Positions 40,746 through 55,463 of a DNA stretch of 64,000 bases are shown here, in pieces (the stretch's first letter is position 1; each line of letters begins with the position of its first letter). The stretch spans positions 114,886,001-114,950,000 of the forward strand of contig OZ024743.1 of assembly GCA_964016885.1 (NCBI GenBank), read 5' to 3'. The notes under the pieces were generated by a model that saw nothing but the letters and a program-made list of their open reading frames with translations, was not told where the DNA came from and did no database searches. Origin of the DNA: Eledone cirrhosa. Taxonomy: Eukaryota. The position numbers and the translations under genes were made by a program.

Positions 40746-43004
40746 GCGCAGCCGTGCACATAGTTATAATACTCCCGACAAACCTATTCCTTGCCTTACC
40801 GACAATATTATTCAAACAACTTTATTTTATATCCCTATCACTGATTAATTAACACTAACGCTGCTAACTTACCGACAGGAGCCGAATATATAATATTGAC
40901 CTATGGAATTATAGAACACTTTGTTTTTGCTTCATATTTATATAACAATAATTTATCAACAATAATATGGTATATCAACAATAATTTCTCTATTGACTTA
41001 CTTATAGTCATGTATAATTTTTCGCTAACTTAACAGATAACTTCCTGAAATCACATGTTTGTACAACTGAAACCGTCATCACTGTGGTATAACCATGAAA
41101 TTATAGAAGCGAAACATCAGATCTAGGAAAGAATCCCGCTGACATCGACCGTGTAATTCTGATAAGGCAAATTAGTCATACAACTGAATCAATTGTCAAC
41201 GCTTTTTAATAAAGCTTGAGATAGATAATCGGGAAATCTATCCTGTTGCACAACATGAAATTCCATTAGTTGCATTTGACACAAAGGGAATTCATTAAGT
41301 TTTCCTTCATATGACAAAAAGCCCAACAAACAAAACAATTCAGTATACTAATTCATTTACAAACTATTTTAAGCTAAAACTAACTGAAAACTATCTGCCT
41401 GTGAGCCCACAAATGAATCCTTGGTTCCGAAGTTGTCACAAAAGATAAAATTAATGCTCTGCGAAAAATCTTTTAACTCAGAATTATGCTTGATAGATCT
41501 TATTTATATATGTATAGGCCCTTAATTCCTGATGGCTTCGCATGAGTGCATATACTGCGTCTCTTGGGCATCTTAAACCGGGCGCCGCCCATCCCCTCTC
41601 CATGTGTGAACACGGTGATTTCTTCCTGAGGAAGGAGTGATGGGAAGGAAATATAGAGCGAGAATCGTATCCAGTACTGAGCTGGTACCTTTTTAGCAAC
41701 CTAGGAAGGGTGAAAGGCATCGTGGACTTCGGCCGAGAAAGCCAGAACGAATACCACAAAACATTCTACGGGCGTTCTTACAACTTTGCCAATTTTCTGC
41801 TTCTTGATCATGTAACTGCGTATATAAGTATTCGACGTTGTATGACCTCCTCATTGATTATTGAAAAATTAGTGGATGCATCATTTTTAACAAGATGTTT
41901 TTTCAGAATCTGTGAAATATATATTACTTATTCTTCGTAAATGGAGAGGGTAAATGTAAAAGAATGTGAGGATTATCGACCAATATCTTATTTAACGTTT
42001 CATTGGAAAAAAGCATTATATATCTATTTGCAAATTTAGTATAGAATTATTTGCAGACAAACTTGTGTCTATCCCCATATTAAACAGTACAGGATACTGG
42101 TGTCTCGATAGAAATGTTAAGTATATTAAACTATACAATGACCTTGAACAGTCATCTGACAAGGACTACGTATCAACTGCTATTTAAGCTCGGCGTTTGG
42201 CGCAGTTGATCACGATATCCTTATGCATCGTTTTCAATAATGTTTTGGTTTCTCATTGTCTCCATCTCCCTACTAATTTGTCGACACCGTTGCATTTAAT
42301 GCAGAGGCTCTGTAACAGCTATCCATATGTGTGGAATAATTGTCTCCCGTCCTCAAAGTTTCGACCCAACTCACTAAAATAACAAAATGACTCATCATTT
42401 AGTGTTACACACAAAATATGTAATCCTCACATTTGAAATATCTCTGATCATAGGTCTCCTCCATCAGAACTGGCCAACAACAGAAATAGAAAGTGAAAAA
42501 CAAAGAAATGTCTACAAAATATTATTACAACACAATAACAAAAGAAATATCACTTCTGCTAACCTCGCCATTATTTTATCAACAACGTTTGGTCAGCCAG
42601 CATAACCTATGTCAATAAACTGTTATGCAATTTATTACTAAATGCCACATGAACTACATCTTTGACATCTTTCATAAGTTTCAAAGAATATTAAATGTAT
42701 CTTACAAACAAAGTATCAAGTATTACGCGTGATTCTTTGCAATTTCTTCACGGATCGTAGTTCACTTTGAAATAAAATTTGAAATTTGCGACCTTCTACT
42801 TTCTTCTAAATCTGACCCAATACAATCTTTCGACAACATTTCCGGATGTCAATAAATTTGACAAATTATATCTACTTTCTCCGTTTCGGCTGTGTTAGTA
42901 AGTTCGCCATTGTTTGTTTTTCTCTTAACGCTTTCTGAACATTTTTTTATTGCCTTAATATTCATTAACATCAATATGAAAATTGATGAAGTAGATAGTG
43001 AATC

Positions 43005-43270
43005 ATAAATCACCATCACCACAACCACCAAACTTAGCATCACGACGTCGACCAAGAACACTATCATCAGCATCATCATAACCACCGTCACCATCATTAC
43101 CACTACTACACACACAACCAATTATCATCAGCATCATCACAGCCACTATCACCATCATCACCACTACTACACACATACCACCAACTATCATCAACATCAT
43201 CACAGCCACCGTCACCATCACCACCACCACCACACACACACACACACGCTACCACCAATATCAACACAAC
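43005..43270. repeat. CAT/CAC-based minisatellite
   Basis: Three to four degenerate ~55 bp units of CAACTATCATCAGCATCATCACAGCCACCGTCACCATCA. Confidence 0.85.
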
Positions 43271-43737
43271 GACCCCACTTTTTCCGTTCATACCGATATG
43301 TTATTCGATTTTTTAAGTTTTAATATACGTCCTTTACGTTCTTAGTTCGAATCCTGTCGAGGTTAGCTTTGCCTTTCATCCTTATGGGGTAGATAAGACA
43401 AAGTACCAGTAACGCACTGGAGTCGATTTAATCGACTTTCCCCTTCCCTTCAAATTGTTGGCCTTGTGCCAAATATAGAAACAAATATTTACAGCAACCA
43501 ACAGTGTTTACATTTATATTCTGTGTCTGAGTTTCCTACATTTTCTATGAACTTCTTAACTCCTCAACGCTTCGAAAGTTCGATATTTTTTATACAACGA
43601 TATTTACGTTTCTGTTCAGTCACCATTCTGCCATTCTTTTTTTTCTTCTTTGTTTTCTTTATCTTATCCGCCAACGAACGTTTTCTTCTTCCTCGATATT
43701 TATACCTTCTGTTATCTTCCTTTTCGTCGTCTTCTTG

Positions 43738-43767
43738 CACTACTACTACTCCTACTACTACTACTAT

Positions 43768-43832
<65 letters not shown>

Positions 43833-43850
43833 TCACTACCACCACCATCA
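43738..43850. repeat. (CTA)n microsatellite
   Basis: Direct reading. Confidence 0.95.
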
Positions 43851-44889
43851 ATACAATACATCCAGATATCCCACCATATTAAATAAGAAAAGGGCATATA
43901 TATTATAGTGCTAGTCATACCCACAAAAAAAGGAAAAGTCATGGTTGAAATACCTTTGATCATAGCTTTACTCAAGTAACGACAAGAATAACTAAATAAG
44001 TCAGGGTAGATCTGAGTTTAAATGATAACAAGAACAGATAAACAAATCAGAATCTTCTTGTTTATTTTCCCAATATGTTTACAGTGTATAAGCTTGATTG
44101 ATTGTTCAAATTATTTCCCTGGAATAATAGAAGCTAGAAACATCCCATATATTTTGCAATGATTGGTAAACAATGTAAAAATATATTACTTATTTTCTGT
44201 ATTTTCCTCAAATTTTGTTTTTCTTTTTTGTCTTATATTTAGTGTGCTGCCACAAATATGCTTACACGAAAGGTTGTTGTTCGAAAAATCAAAAGACAAT
44301 AGAAATACGTTCAGACATTGCCAGAACACCCGGTGTTACCCAGGTCTAAAATTAGCTTTAAATGTTCCAAAATTGTTCTTAATGTAGCTGTATTCGGTTT
44401 AATAGACTACTATTGGATTTGCCTTTGAAAAATATCTTTTATGTATGAGACTCATTTGTTTCCAAAATATTTAAAGTATTCGAGTTTCTAATATATTATG
44501 CTTGAGATACACGCTCAAAACATATAAAAGTATATCTTAAGTTAAATCCCACCGAGATCCATTTCGCTTTTCATCTTTCTGGGGTGAAATAAAGTACTAA
44601 TACAGTACTTGGTCAAATTAAGCGACTTTCCCGACTCACTTCAAAATTACTAGATTTGTTTCTATACTAGAAGCAACAAGAATAGTATACTCCATAATTC
44701 AATCGTCTAATTACAATATAATTCGCACGTATTAAATAAGATATATTGTGAAAGGGGAAACAGTTTTATTTTAAACCTCTTACTGTACGGCATATTTTAC
44801 TTTTGTTCATAAATACTTTAATTCTTAAAAGAATTTAAAAGATCAGTAGAGACCAGAGTGTCGAGATGTAAACCAACAATGGATATAAA

Positions 44890-45280
44890 ATAATTGTTTC
44901 TACTTTTGGCATAAGGCCAGCAATTACCCGGTGCATTTCTTGTACTTTATTTTATCAAACCCGTAAAGATGAAAGGCAAAGTTAACCTCGGCGGGATTTG
45001 AACTCAGAATGAAAAGGTCCGTAATTTTATGCTGCAAAGCATGGCGTCCGACCTTCTACCGATACTGCCAATCCACCATAATAATGGATATAAAATAATT
45101 GTTTCTACTGTTGGCACAAGGCCAGCAATTACCCAGTACACTACTGGTACTTTATTTTATCGACCCCGTAAAGATGAAAGGAAAAGTTAACCTCGAGGGG
45201 ATTTGAACTCAGATCATTAAGGGAGGTAAGTCTATGCTTCAAAGCGTGGTGTCCGACTCTCTACCGATACTGCCAATCCA
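44890..45280 (-). mobile_element. Tandem SINE pair; first copy flanked by a duplicated AATGGATATAAAATAATT
   Basis: Two ~205 bp-period units, with the duplication at ~44878 and ~45083. Confidence 0.9.
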
Positions 45281-45574
45281 GAGTGATAACCAGAGCGTAC
45301 ACAGTCATTCCACAAATGGAAATACTGGGACTAACTTGGAGCAATACTTTAAGTAGTAAAGAAATGACATTAAGAATTTCAATGAGTCTCAGCATACATA
45401 TTTATATATAAAACAAGTAAGATCATATTTCTTACACATATTAGTAGTTATATAAGTTTGAAGCATAGGAAATTAAAATACCATAACGCACATAGGTCCA
45501 ATACAGCAATATACATGTGTTTCTACATATTGGGGATTAAATAATTGCTAAAAGTATTCCCATATGATAGTGAG

Positions 45575-46720
45575 TAGAAACGTAATGTGGCAGGTCATGA
45601 AACGTCTGAACAGGGTCATCCAGCTACGTGAAGACCTGCGTGACCAAGTCAGACTCAGCAGTAACCTCTCAGAGCCCTTCCTGATCAACAATGGAGGGAA
45701 GCAGAGGGTTGCATCCTACAGCATCTTCTTCAGCATCTTCGTCATGATCATTATCAAGTAAGCCACAGAAGATTTTGATGATGAGGACAGAGTCTATATC
45801 AAATACCGTCTTGATGTCAGACTGTTTAATTTCCGGCAAATATAAGCCCACACGAAGAACCTGGAGCAACTGATCCTTGACATCCTCTTTGCCGACGATG
45901 CTGCTATTGTTGCCCACACAGAAAAAAAAACCTTGTGGCGCATCACTTCCTGCATCGCAGAAGCTGGCCAGCACTTTGAGATGGAAGTCAGCTTAAAGAA
46001 GATGGCGGGGTTTCTCCACCAGCATGCACCTCAGGAAGAGTAAGACTTTCCCATATCACCATTGGTGAGACTGGAGTAAAATCAGTCTATCGTTTCAGCT
46101 ATCTGGGGTGCATCATCACATCAGATGCAAAGATTTACAGGGAAGTCGGCAACAGACTGACAAAAGTGAGCAGTGCATTTGGTAGACTGTACAAACGCAT
46201 GTGGAACAATAAACACCTGAAGAAGAGTACCAAGATCAGAGTGTACAGATCCATAGTCTTTACCATCCTCCTACATGGCTCAGAGTTGTGGGTCACTTAT
46301 CACCACCACCTTTGATTCTCCGGTCGCTTCCACCAGCGTTGCCTCTGCACCATCTTCAAAATCTACAGGAGTAACTTTGTCACCAATGTTGAAGTCTTTG
46401 AACAGGTCCAGGTCACCAGCATCGAGACCATGCTGCTCAAGTGCCATCTACACTGTGCAGGGTACGTTTCCAGGTACAAGGAACATTGCTTGCCTAGGAT
46501 CATGCTGTACGGCGAAATCTATACTGGCGATCATGATAGGGGGCACCAAGAAAGCAATAAAATGACTCAGAAAGCATCCCTTGGTACATGTCACATCGAC
46601 CATGATCAGTGGTCCACACTAGTTGTGAACCGTGTCGTATGACGTCGCACCATCAACCGTAGTTGCCATTTAAAACACCCACAGTGCCACCCTCGAGGAA
46701 AAAAGTCACAGGAGGGATAG
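45575..46720 (+). mobile_element. 5'-truncated RTE-clade (BovB-like) LINE, RT and C-terminus, decayed
   Basis: SEPFLINNGGKQ; YRLDVRLFN; DILFADDAA; FSYLGCIIT; AFGRL; CLPRIMLYGE. Confidence 0.9.
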
Positions 46721-46779
46721 ACATACACACACAAACACACAAAACTCGTAAACGACACTTGATTTAGTTGTATACAAAA

Positions 46780-48600
46780 TTCCAGCCTTTCCTCAAAGCC
46801 TGCAATTTGGGTGAAGATGAAATTCGATTATTTCGACCCAGTACTTCTGGTAATTTTTTTTTATCAACCCCGGAAGGTTGACAAGAAAAGTTGACCTCGG
46901 CGGTATTTGAACTCAGATCACAAAGAGCCGTAACGAAATGCCATGTTGTCCGGTGCTCTAACGATTCTATCTAGTCACTACACTTCTCACAATAATGATA
47001 ATAATCGTTAAAATTATGATAATTATTTTATTACTATTACCCCTGAGGCTGGTGGATTGGAGGAGTCGGTTATGGGTCGAATAGAAGTCTTTACAGTATT
47101 TTATTCCTGCTCTTTACATCTTGCGGTCGTATCCCGACGAAGTTAACTTTGCCTTTCATCACTTCGAAGTCGAAAGAATAAAGGACCAGTCAACTACTGG
47201 GGGTTGATATAATCGACTGTATTTTCCCACCAAAGTAATAATTAAAAAAATGCTAACTTTATGCCAAATCAGAAAGTATTAATGTTCCTATCCTTGTTAT
47301 CAGTAATATTGGTAATTAACCAGAGTAAGTCAGTTTTTAAGTAAAATATTAGTGTAGACGTTGTACCGTACTTGTTCTCAATATTAAACATTAAAAAACA
47401 ATTCGATGCGGTTCACTTTGCATGCCAATATACTGGAAGTCAGTGAAACAAAAATCATTAATAGAGAGGAGTTGATTGAATTTATTATATGTTCTCCCCA
47501 GGGCGGTGGATTTGTAGTATCGGTAGAGAGTCGGACACCTTGCTTTGTAGCATAGAGTTACCGTCCTTTACGGTCTGAGTTCAAATCCCGCCGAGGTTAA
47601 CTTTGTCTTTCATCCTTACGGGGTCAATAAAATAAAGCACCAGTAACGTTCAGGGGTCGATCTAATCGACCTGCCCCCCCCCCCCCCCCAAAAAAAAGGC
47701 CTTGTGCCTATACCAGAAATCATTATACGTTCTCCTCAACAAAAAATAATTTCGTTACTAAGCAAACAAACAGAAATGATTATGTTTTCACCCATTTGTT
47801 CTGGCTCTCAACGTTCTGAGTTCAAATACCACCAAAGTCAACTTTGCTTTTTAAACTTCCGGGGTCAGTACCAGTACTAGAGTTGATTTAATTGACTTTT
47901 CCTTACCCTTAGAATTTGCTATCCTTGTCCCTAAATAAGGAGTTAATATTTTTGTCGATGATAATGGTTGAATGGTAGAATTGGAGAGCGTTGGATAGAA
48001 TGCTATTGCGGTGTATGTTTTGGCTCTTTATATTTCAAATTCTGCCTAGGTCAACATTGTCTTTCATCCTTCCAGGATCGATAAAATAAAGTGAAAGCCA
48101 ACTCCTATAACTGATTTAATCAACTTTGCCCTTCGTCCAAATTCTCTGGTCTTGTGCCTAAATTGGAAATGAATATATATGTTCAGCTTTTTAGCTTTCT
48201 TGAAATCTACGACATGCATTATTAACAAAGCTTGCTGTGGATATATTTTTAGAATCTCTCTGACCGCATCTTGTCCCATGAAACTGCAAAATTACCCGCT
48301 GGACACTCAAGTTTGCCAATTATACCTACAAAGCTGTGAGTAACCACGTTATTTATTGTTAAATTATTTCATTTCTTTCGTACAAATTATTAAAATAATC
48401 AGTATTTTTCAAATGTTATTTGTTTATGTCGGCATGCATGTGGTATTTTGCTTTTTATGATTCTAAACGGTACGAATCCTTAGAACATCGGACAGAATGT
48501 TAGGCGGTTTTCGGCCCGGTTCGCAAATCTCTACGAGGTCAACTTTGCCTTTCATCCATTCGAGGATGATAAACAATGTACCAGTCTCGATTCTTCCATT
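46780..48600. mobile_element. Cluster of ~6 SINE copies on both strands
   Basis: Recurrent GTTCAAAT..GAGGT(C/T)AACTTTGCCTTTCATCC motif. Further copies at ~29938, 31200, 33780, 43330, 44540, 53320, 53910, 54900 and 63110-63510. Confidence 0.88.
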
Positions 48601-48834
48601 ATATCTCTTTCTCACGCCCTCTCTCTCTCTCTCTCTCTCTCTCTCAGTCTCAAACATACACACCAACTCCCACATTATATCTCGCTTTCTATCTCCAGTG
48701 TTCAGAACTGGAGAGAGGATGGGATCCATCAGGGTTAAAATGCTCAAGACAGGTCGTACATAAATACGGCGCCGCCATGAATCCACCAAGAGTTAGGGTT
48801 CTATACATGTATTCAAGTATATATGTATGTATTT

Positions 48835-48864
48835 ATATATATATACATACATACATATATACAT

Positions 48865-48939
<75 letters not shown>

Positions 48940-49035
48940 CATACATATGTATATATATACACGGAAGTGTCTTGTCACGTGCCAAACATTATAATTCAGT
49001 CTATATTTTGGTTTCGTATTTAGTATTAAACGTAA

Positions 49036-49124
<89 letters not shown>

Positions 49125-49241
49125 TGTGTGTGTGTTTGTGTGTGTTTAAGTTTAATACTAAATACGAAACCAAAATATAGACTGAATTATAATGTTTGGC
49201 ACGTGACAAGACACTTCCGTGTATATATATACATATGTATG

Positions 49242-49300
<59 letters not shown>

Positions 49301-49355
49301 GTATGTATATATATATATATATATATATGTGTGTATGTATATATGTATGTATGTA
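48835..49355. repeat. Fold-back with identical 73 bp unique arms and mirrored microsatellites
   Basis: 48959-49031 is the reverse complement of 49150-49222. The flanking (TA)/(TACA) and inner (CA)/(TG) tracts are mirrored. Confidence 0.92.
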
Positions 49356-49457
49356 TATATACATATATATATATGTATATATATATATATCTATCTATGT
49401 ATATATATATATATATCTGTATATATATATCTATATATGTATATATGTATATATATA

Positions 49458-49528
<71 letters not shown>

Positions 49529-49660
49529 TATATACATATATTTATGTATATATATATATATATATATGTATGTATATATATGTATATATGTATATATACA
49601 TATATGTATATATACATATATTTATATATACGTATATTTATGTATATATATATGTATGTA

Positions 49661-49702
<42 letters not shown>

Positions 49703-50039
49703 CATATATTTATGTATATATATATATGTATGTATATATATATATATATAAATATATACGTTGCTGTTTTGTATACAACATTAAAACAAGAAAATTATAG
49801 CTTAAAGAAAATAGATAATTGTTATCTTGAACGTTTTAATCAAAACAAGGAAGATATATTTTTACAGGAAGTATATAATTGTTATTCTGTATTTAAAATG
49901 AAAATACAAGGAAGATATAGATTTAGAGAAAGTAGATTATTGTTATTTCCTATTTAAAAACAGATGGAATACACAGTTTTCAGGAAGTATGTAATTGATA
50001 TTTTCTATTTAAATCAAAACAAAATAATAAAAATAATTT

Positions 50040-52450
50040 CTTTTTATTGGCCACAAGGGTCTACATATAGAGGAGAATACAATAAACGGGGACAGTGGGG
50101 TTTTACACAAAAATCGATTAAACAGTATAAAATTACAATAACAATAAACAAGAAAAGAACAACAAAGAGGATTCCTCAAAAGGGGGAACAACAACCCAGG
50201 GGTGACTCAGGTACGAACCAATCCTGAACCACCCGACGCTTCGAGGGCAATCGGAAAGGGCACCCCCTCCGCCTCCTCAAATCAACCACCCGACACGCGC
50301 ATGCCTAGAGCAGACCCATTCACAAGGGTCATTCTCGGCTCATTCACCCATCTTTTAACAAAAGTACTGGGCGGGGGTGGTGTGTGGGACATCATTCCTC
50401 TCTCCACCCTGGGCATGTCTTTGCTAATGATGCGCAAACATGCGCTGCGGCTGCGGCAGCTCCAGATATTCTGAAACTTGAAAAAGTTGATGAGGGATTG
50501 GATGAAGAGAAAAGTGTTTGTTTTCCGTCCATTCAACTTGGTCCACCACCCAACCTCTTCCGATACTTCCACCAGACAAAGGAAATCTGCTTACCCTTCC
50601 CGGCGAAAGAAAGCGGTGGGGAGATTTTCACTATAGACTCGGTCGAGAGTTGGATCCGCTTTACTTACGATAACAGTTGTTAGACGTAACTCCACGAGTC
50701 AATAATGCACGGACACTGAGAGAGTGTGTGTAGAGTTTGGGACATGTTCTTCTGAACGCACTTTCGTGTTTGTAAAGTTTATCTCGAACCGGCAGAGCGA
50801 GGGACTTCTGGAAATTCTACAAAGTTCCCGAGCCGAAAGTCCTCTGGAACAGACTGGTCAGTTCGACATAGTGGACGACCAGGTCCTCTTTCAGTGCGTC
50901 GTCGCACTTACCCACCACTAATCTTCTATAGTACTGTAGAGTGGAATTTCCACTGACCGCATTGATCACCTAGTAGAGGGTAGTAAGCGCCTGGCAACAT
51001 TCCATATGCCAAGAAACCAGTCTCAGTTTCTTCTTGATCCAAGACTGCATCTCAGTAAAAGAGACGAGCTGCAAAAATTCCTGTCTCACAAACGGTAACC
51101 ACACCTGTTCACCCTTAAGGCAGAATATCTAGAAATGCCCCAGCCGCAGAGCATGTTTGCGCATCATCAGCAAAGGCATCCCCAGCCTTCCTAGTAGAGG
51201 GTGCCGGCTGTAGGAACGCCTCACCAACGGAATCTGTCCCCTCCACAAATGGTTGAAGAGGAGCCGTGCCAATTTGGCGAGGAACGAACGGGGACAAGGC
51301 ATGACTGTCAGGCAGTAATAGATGACGGACGCGGTGGACGCGTTCACCATTTCCACCCGATCTTTGAGTGACAGCTTGCTCTCGGCATATATCTGAGTGA
51401 GAGTGGCTACCCTGTTCATAACCTCCTTCCAGCTCTTATCCACCTGGAAGTCTGGTCCAACCAAAACCCCAAGCAACTTTACCGCTCCGTCCATTCAGCG
51501 CCCGACAACGCTGTTGGACGGCAAGAATTCGACTCTCCAGGTGTCGAGCTGCAAGCCCACCGACTTTTCTGGGTTTAGTTTTGCTCCCGTCAACCTTTTA
51601 TATTCCTTCAAGAAGGTGCCGACCAACTTTCCGATGTGTTCGATACCATGAAGGTGATGTCCGCATATTCTGACAGAGCGTTTCCCTGTTCCGGTTACAG
51701 CGGTATTCCCTACAACATCTCCACCTTCCACAATAAAGGCTCGAGAATCAATGCGCACAGAATGAAGAAGAAAAGACCCCCCCATGACGGATCGATCTGG
51801 AGATCTGAAACGGTTTCTAAAGGCGGCCATTAACTTTGACCACTGAGCAGATGCCCTTGTAAATTGCAGCGATCCAGCCTCTGAATTGAAACCAACTGCC
51901 TTGAGGACAGCCTCCAGGTATCGATGTACAACACTATCGAAAGCTTTTTATTTATTTAAATTGATCAGAGTCCCTGCGAAGCCAGGCTTATACCCTACCG
52001 TATGTATTATGTATTGCATGAGGTGGACGTTGTCGTGTATGGACCTGGTCAGGTTTTCTCAAGTTTGCGCCTCCCCTACCGAATCCTCGACGACAAGCGC
52101 CAACTTCATTGCTAACACCTTGGCCAAAATCTTAAACTCTGTGTTCAGCAGAGTTATGGGCCTGAAGTTATCTAACGTTTCCCTTTTGTTCTCGTATTTC
52201 CTTATCAACGTCGCTACACTCGGGCTCACAGATCTGGGAGTACTCCCGTTCTGATGTCAGTTGCAGTAGAGCGCTTCGAAGAGATCGGAGAACAAGTCTG
52301 GCATGTCTATGTACATCTCGGAGGGCAGACCATCCAAACTGGGTGACTGGAACCTCGTGTAGCCGACTAAAGATTCCCGAATATCGGCTGAAGTTATCGG
52401 CCTTTCGCAGCTCTCAGCATCAGCTAGCGAGTGCCTTCACACATCAGCCT
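50040..52450 (-). mobile_element. L1/Tx1-like LINE ORF2 remnant
   Basis: Minus strand: LDGLP.E; NFRPITLLNTEFKILAK; KAFDSV; AYADITF; GAKLNPEKS; VKLLGV; GRLGMP. The 3' end is CCCTTGTGGCCAATAAAAAA. Confidence 0.88.
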
Positions 52451-55105
52451 GGTATCGTTCCGTTCGATTTCTTCTCGGTCCCCCAAAGACCGAATTGTTG
52501 TTTTGTTGCCACGTTGCACCTCTGCCATCGAGGATGGGGGCTAGTGCGCTTGGGACCGAAGTCCTGGTCTCGCTGACGGCTGTCACATCCATTACTAGTG
52601 ACCTGGCACGTTCTACTGCAACTGCATTAATGATTGGCTAGGTTAGAAAAATATGTTACAAGTTAGACAAGTTCGGATAGATGGAACGCATGTCATTGGT
52701 GATCATTGGTTTGAATATGGGTAAATATGCATACATTAAATATGCATAAATTAAAATAATATTTAAATATGCATAAACTAAAATAGTATTTAATCATGCA
52801 CAGAGCAGTGCATAAGAATGCATTTGGAGAATGAATAACTTGTATTTGGAGTTCAGATATTTCACGCTTCGTGGTGTTTGTTGCATTGAAAGCCTGAGCG
52901 CAGAACATATTAATTAACAGCTATAAATGATTAATTGCATGAAGACAATTGAAACAATCTTCAGATATTGATCGACCGAATTGTATAAATTCTTCCAAGG
53001 ATTTCGCAGGGATAAAGTCATTGATTTCTACTGATATCAATAGTAAAGTGAATAAACATAATGAATGATTTGATTACAGTTCGATTTCAACTATTATCTT
53101 TCATATATCCTGGATTCATATCGACAACATCGGATTAGTTTTCATGTTAGTGCTCAGTTGTGTTGGATTTCGATTACTCAGAAATATATGTTACCCCAGT
53201 AATGTATCATTTTCACTAGATACATTAATAATTTACCCCCCCCCCCCCCCAAAAAAAAAACGACTTCATTTATAATTAAGATTTGTGGTATTTTCGTAAG
53301 AGCGTTATTTTGTTCTGGCTCTTTACATTCTGAATTGAAATCCTGCCAACATCATCTTTGTCTTTCACCATTCCGGGGTCAATAAAATAAAGACATGAAA
53401 TTGATATACCTCTCCTTCAATTTGCAGTCCTTGTGACTATATTAAAAATCTTTACCTTTTATGCTTCGTGAATTTAAACTGCGATACATGCGATGGCCGC
53501 CGGATGACAATCGGTTTCACTGAAAAGTGTAACACATCTATAATATGCGTTAGAGCCACCATTTCTTATAACCGTTTTACTTACTTTCTCCAAAGGTGTT
53601 CTTTTCGTCTTCTGGACATCTCTCGTACATTCTATTCTCAATGCATTGATTGATACGTGGCTACAGTAAAACACTTTTCCAATATTCTACAGTATGGAAT
53701 TAAGACCCCAGGATCATAAAGATTTTAGCTACTATGATTTTCTTTATATGGATATATTACACCTGATGGAGTTGTAATAGCACCGGCACTTTAAACGTGT
53801 CGGTGTACACCCCTTCTCTAGTACAAATACCCCTACTTTGGTACAAATACAACCGATTTCTACCAAAGGGATGAGAGAAAGGGGAAGTGAGAAAGAGAGA
53901 GAAGACTCAACTCAATACTTGACTGGTAATTTTTCATCGATCGCAAAAGGATGAAAGGCAAAGGTGACCTCGGTAGGATTTGAAACCAGAGATCCCAGAA
54001 AACCGAGCAAATACCACACAGCCTATACGACGTTCTAACGACAATACCAATTCACCGAAGCCACTATGAAAAGGGGATATTGTATCTACAGAGCTGATTA
54101 GAATTCTTTGGAGCCATATATTCAGCAAAGTTAAAACACAAATCATTAAATATCTAAAGTGTTTCCTTTTATTTTGTTTTCCCATATGAAGTGCGGTTTA
54201 AACTATCCCTGTACTCTCCTTGTTGTCCATTCTATAACCATATTTCTTTCAAAATCTCGTTTACAATTCTGTAGCATCCGAAAAACAATTCATCTGTTTA
54301 TGCTTTTGTAACAGCTATGAATCAAGATGAGAGACCCTTCGGGTTAACAATATTGATTTGAAATGGTAATTTATCTAAGCATTTCTTTGACCTAAGGACA
54401 GACTTCAGTGAGATAAACTACTAGAATATCATGGCTTTAAATTGTTATCGCATTTTCAAGACGATTGGTGTAAAGACGATTTGAAGTGTAAAGCTGATAT
54501 CAATTAAGATAATACTTTTATCACAAATTTCTCCTCTCATGTAACATTAAAGATTGTCTTAAATCATATTTTCCTATTCTGATGTCAACGTGTATGGGAT
54601 GTAGAATGGTCTAATGGTTAAGAAAGTTGCTTCGCAATTATAAGTTTTCAGAATCAATGCCGTTACCTAATATCTTCGACAATAACATATATTTTGCAAA
54701 AATTAATTCGGAAACGTTAGGTGCGGACGAAGTAAAGTCATTTTCAATAACATTACCGGTAGATATCAGGGAGTTATATAGCAGAAGGAAAGATAAAAAA
54801 AAACCCTGATTCTTGATGGAGTCATCGAGAGCCCATCCCTCTCCAGATCGGGTCGCAGGTAATTTCATCCCAGTCATCTCTAACCCTAGGCTGAGACATT
54901 AATTGTAGCTAGCGAAATTTGAACTTGGAGCGCAGTAGCTGGAACAAATACTGCAGCATTTAGTCCGACGCCCTAATGAATCTGTCAACACACCACCTGA
55001 TATTGTGGAAGGGAAACCGCAATTATTAAGAATACGAAAATTAAGAAAGAACGATAGATATAAAAATAAAGAATAACAAATGGGATTGCTGAACATTATT
55101 AGTTA

Positions 55106-55463
55106 CTAGCTGACGTACCCAGCTTCGCCGGGGTAAACAGATGATAAGAGAAGGCAGGTCAAAGAGAAAATGACTGTATTGGATGTGTGTCTGGTCACAG
55201 TATGAGGCGAGTCCGTGGTGTCTGTGTGGTACCAAAAACAGTAAAAAAATCTTCCAGATATACCAGATTCCTCGTTGTACCGTTTGTGCATAGTATATGA
55301 AACATTCTAGGTGCTCCCACCGAGAATAGTGACCACTAGGAGATGGCTCATCCTCTGCATGACTGTAAAACGTGTATCATTGCATACACGTGGTTGTTCC
55401 ATGTTTCTCAAAAGGATGATGGAAGTTCCAATCTTTTATATTATATGTAGATATAGATATAGA
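55106..55463 (-). mobile_element. Short non-autonomous Helitron (module A)
   Basis: 5' TCTATATCTATATCTACATATAATATAAAA; 3' hairpin CCCCGGCGAAGCTGGG followed by CTAG-T. Confidence 0.85.

Noticed and set aside
48576-49957. Long ORFs of 190-390 aa, and the many other [12 protein letters not shown] ORFs
   Set aside because: They are translations of (TA)n, (TG)n and (CA)n microsatellites, which lack stop codons.
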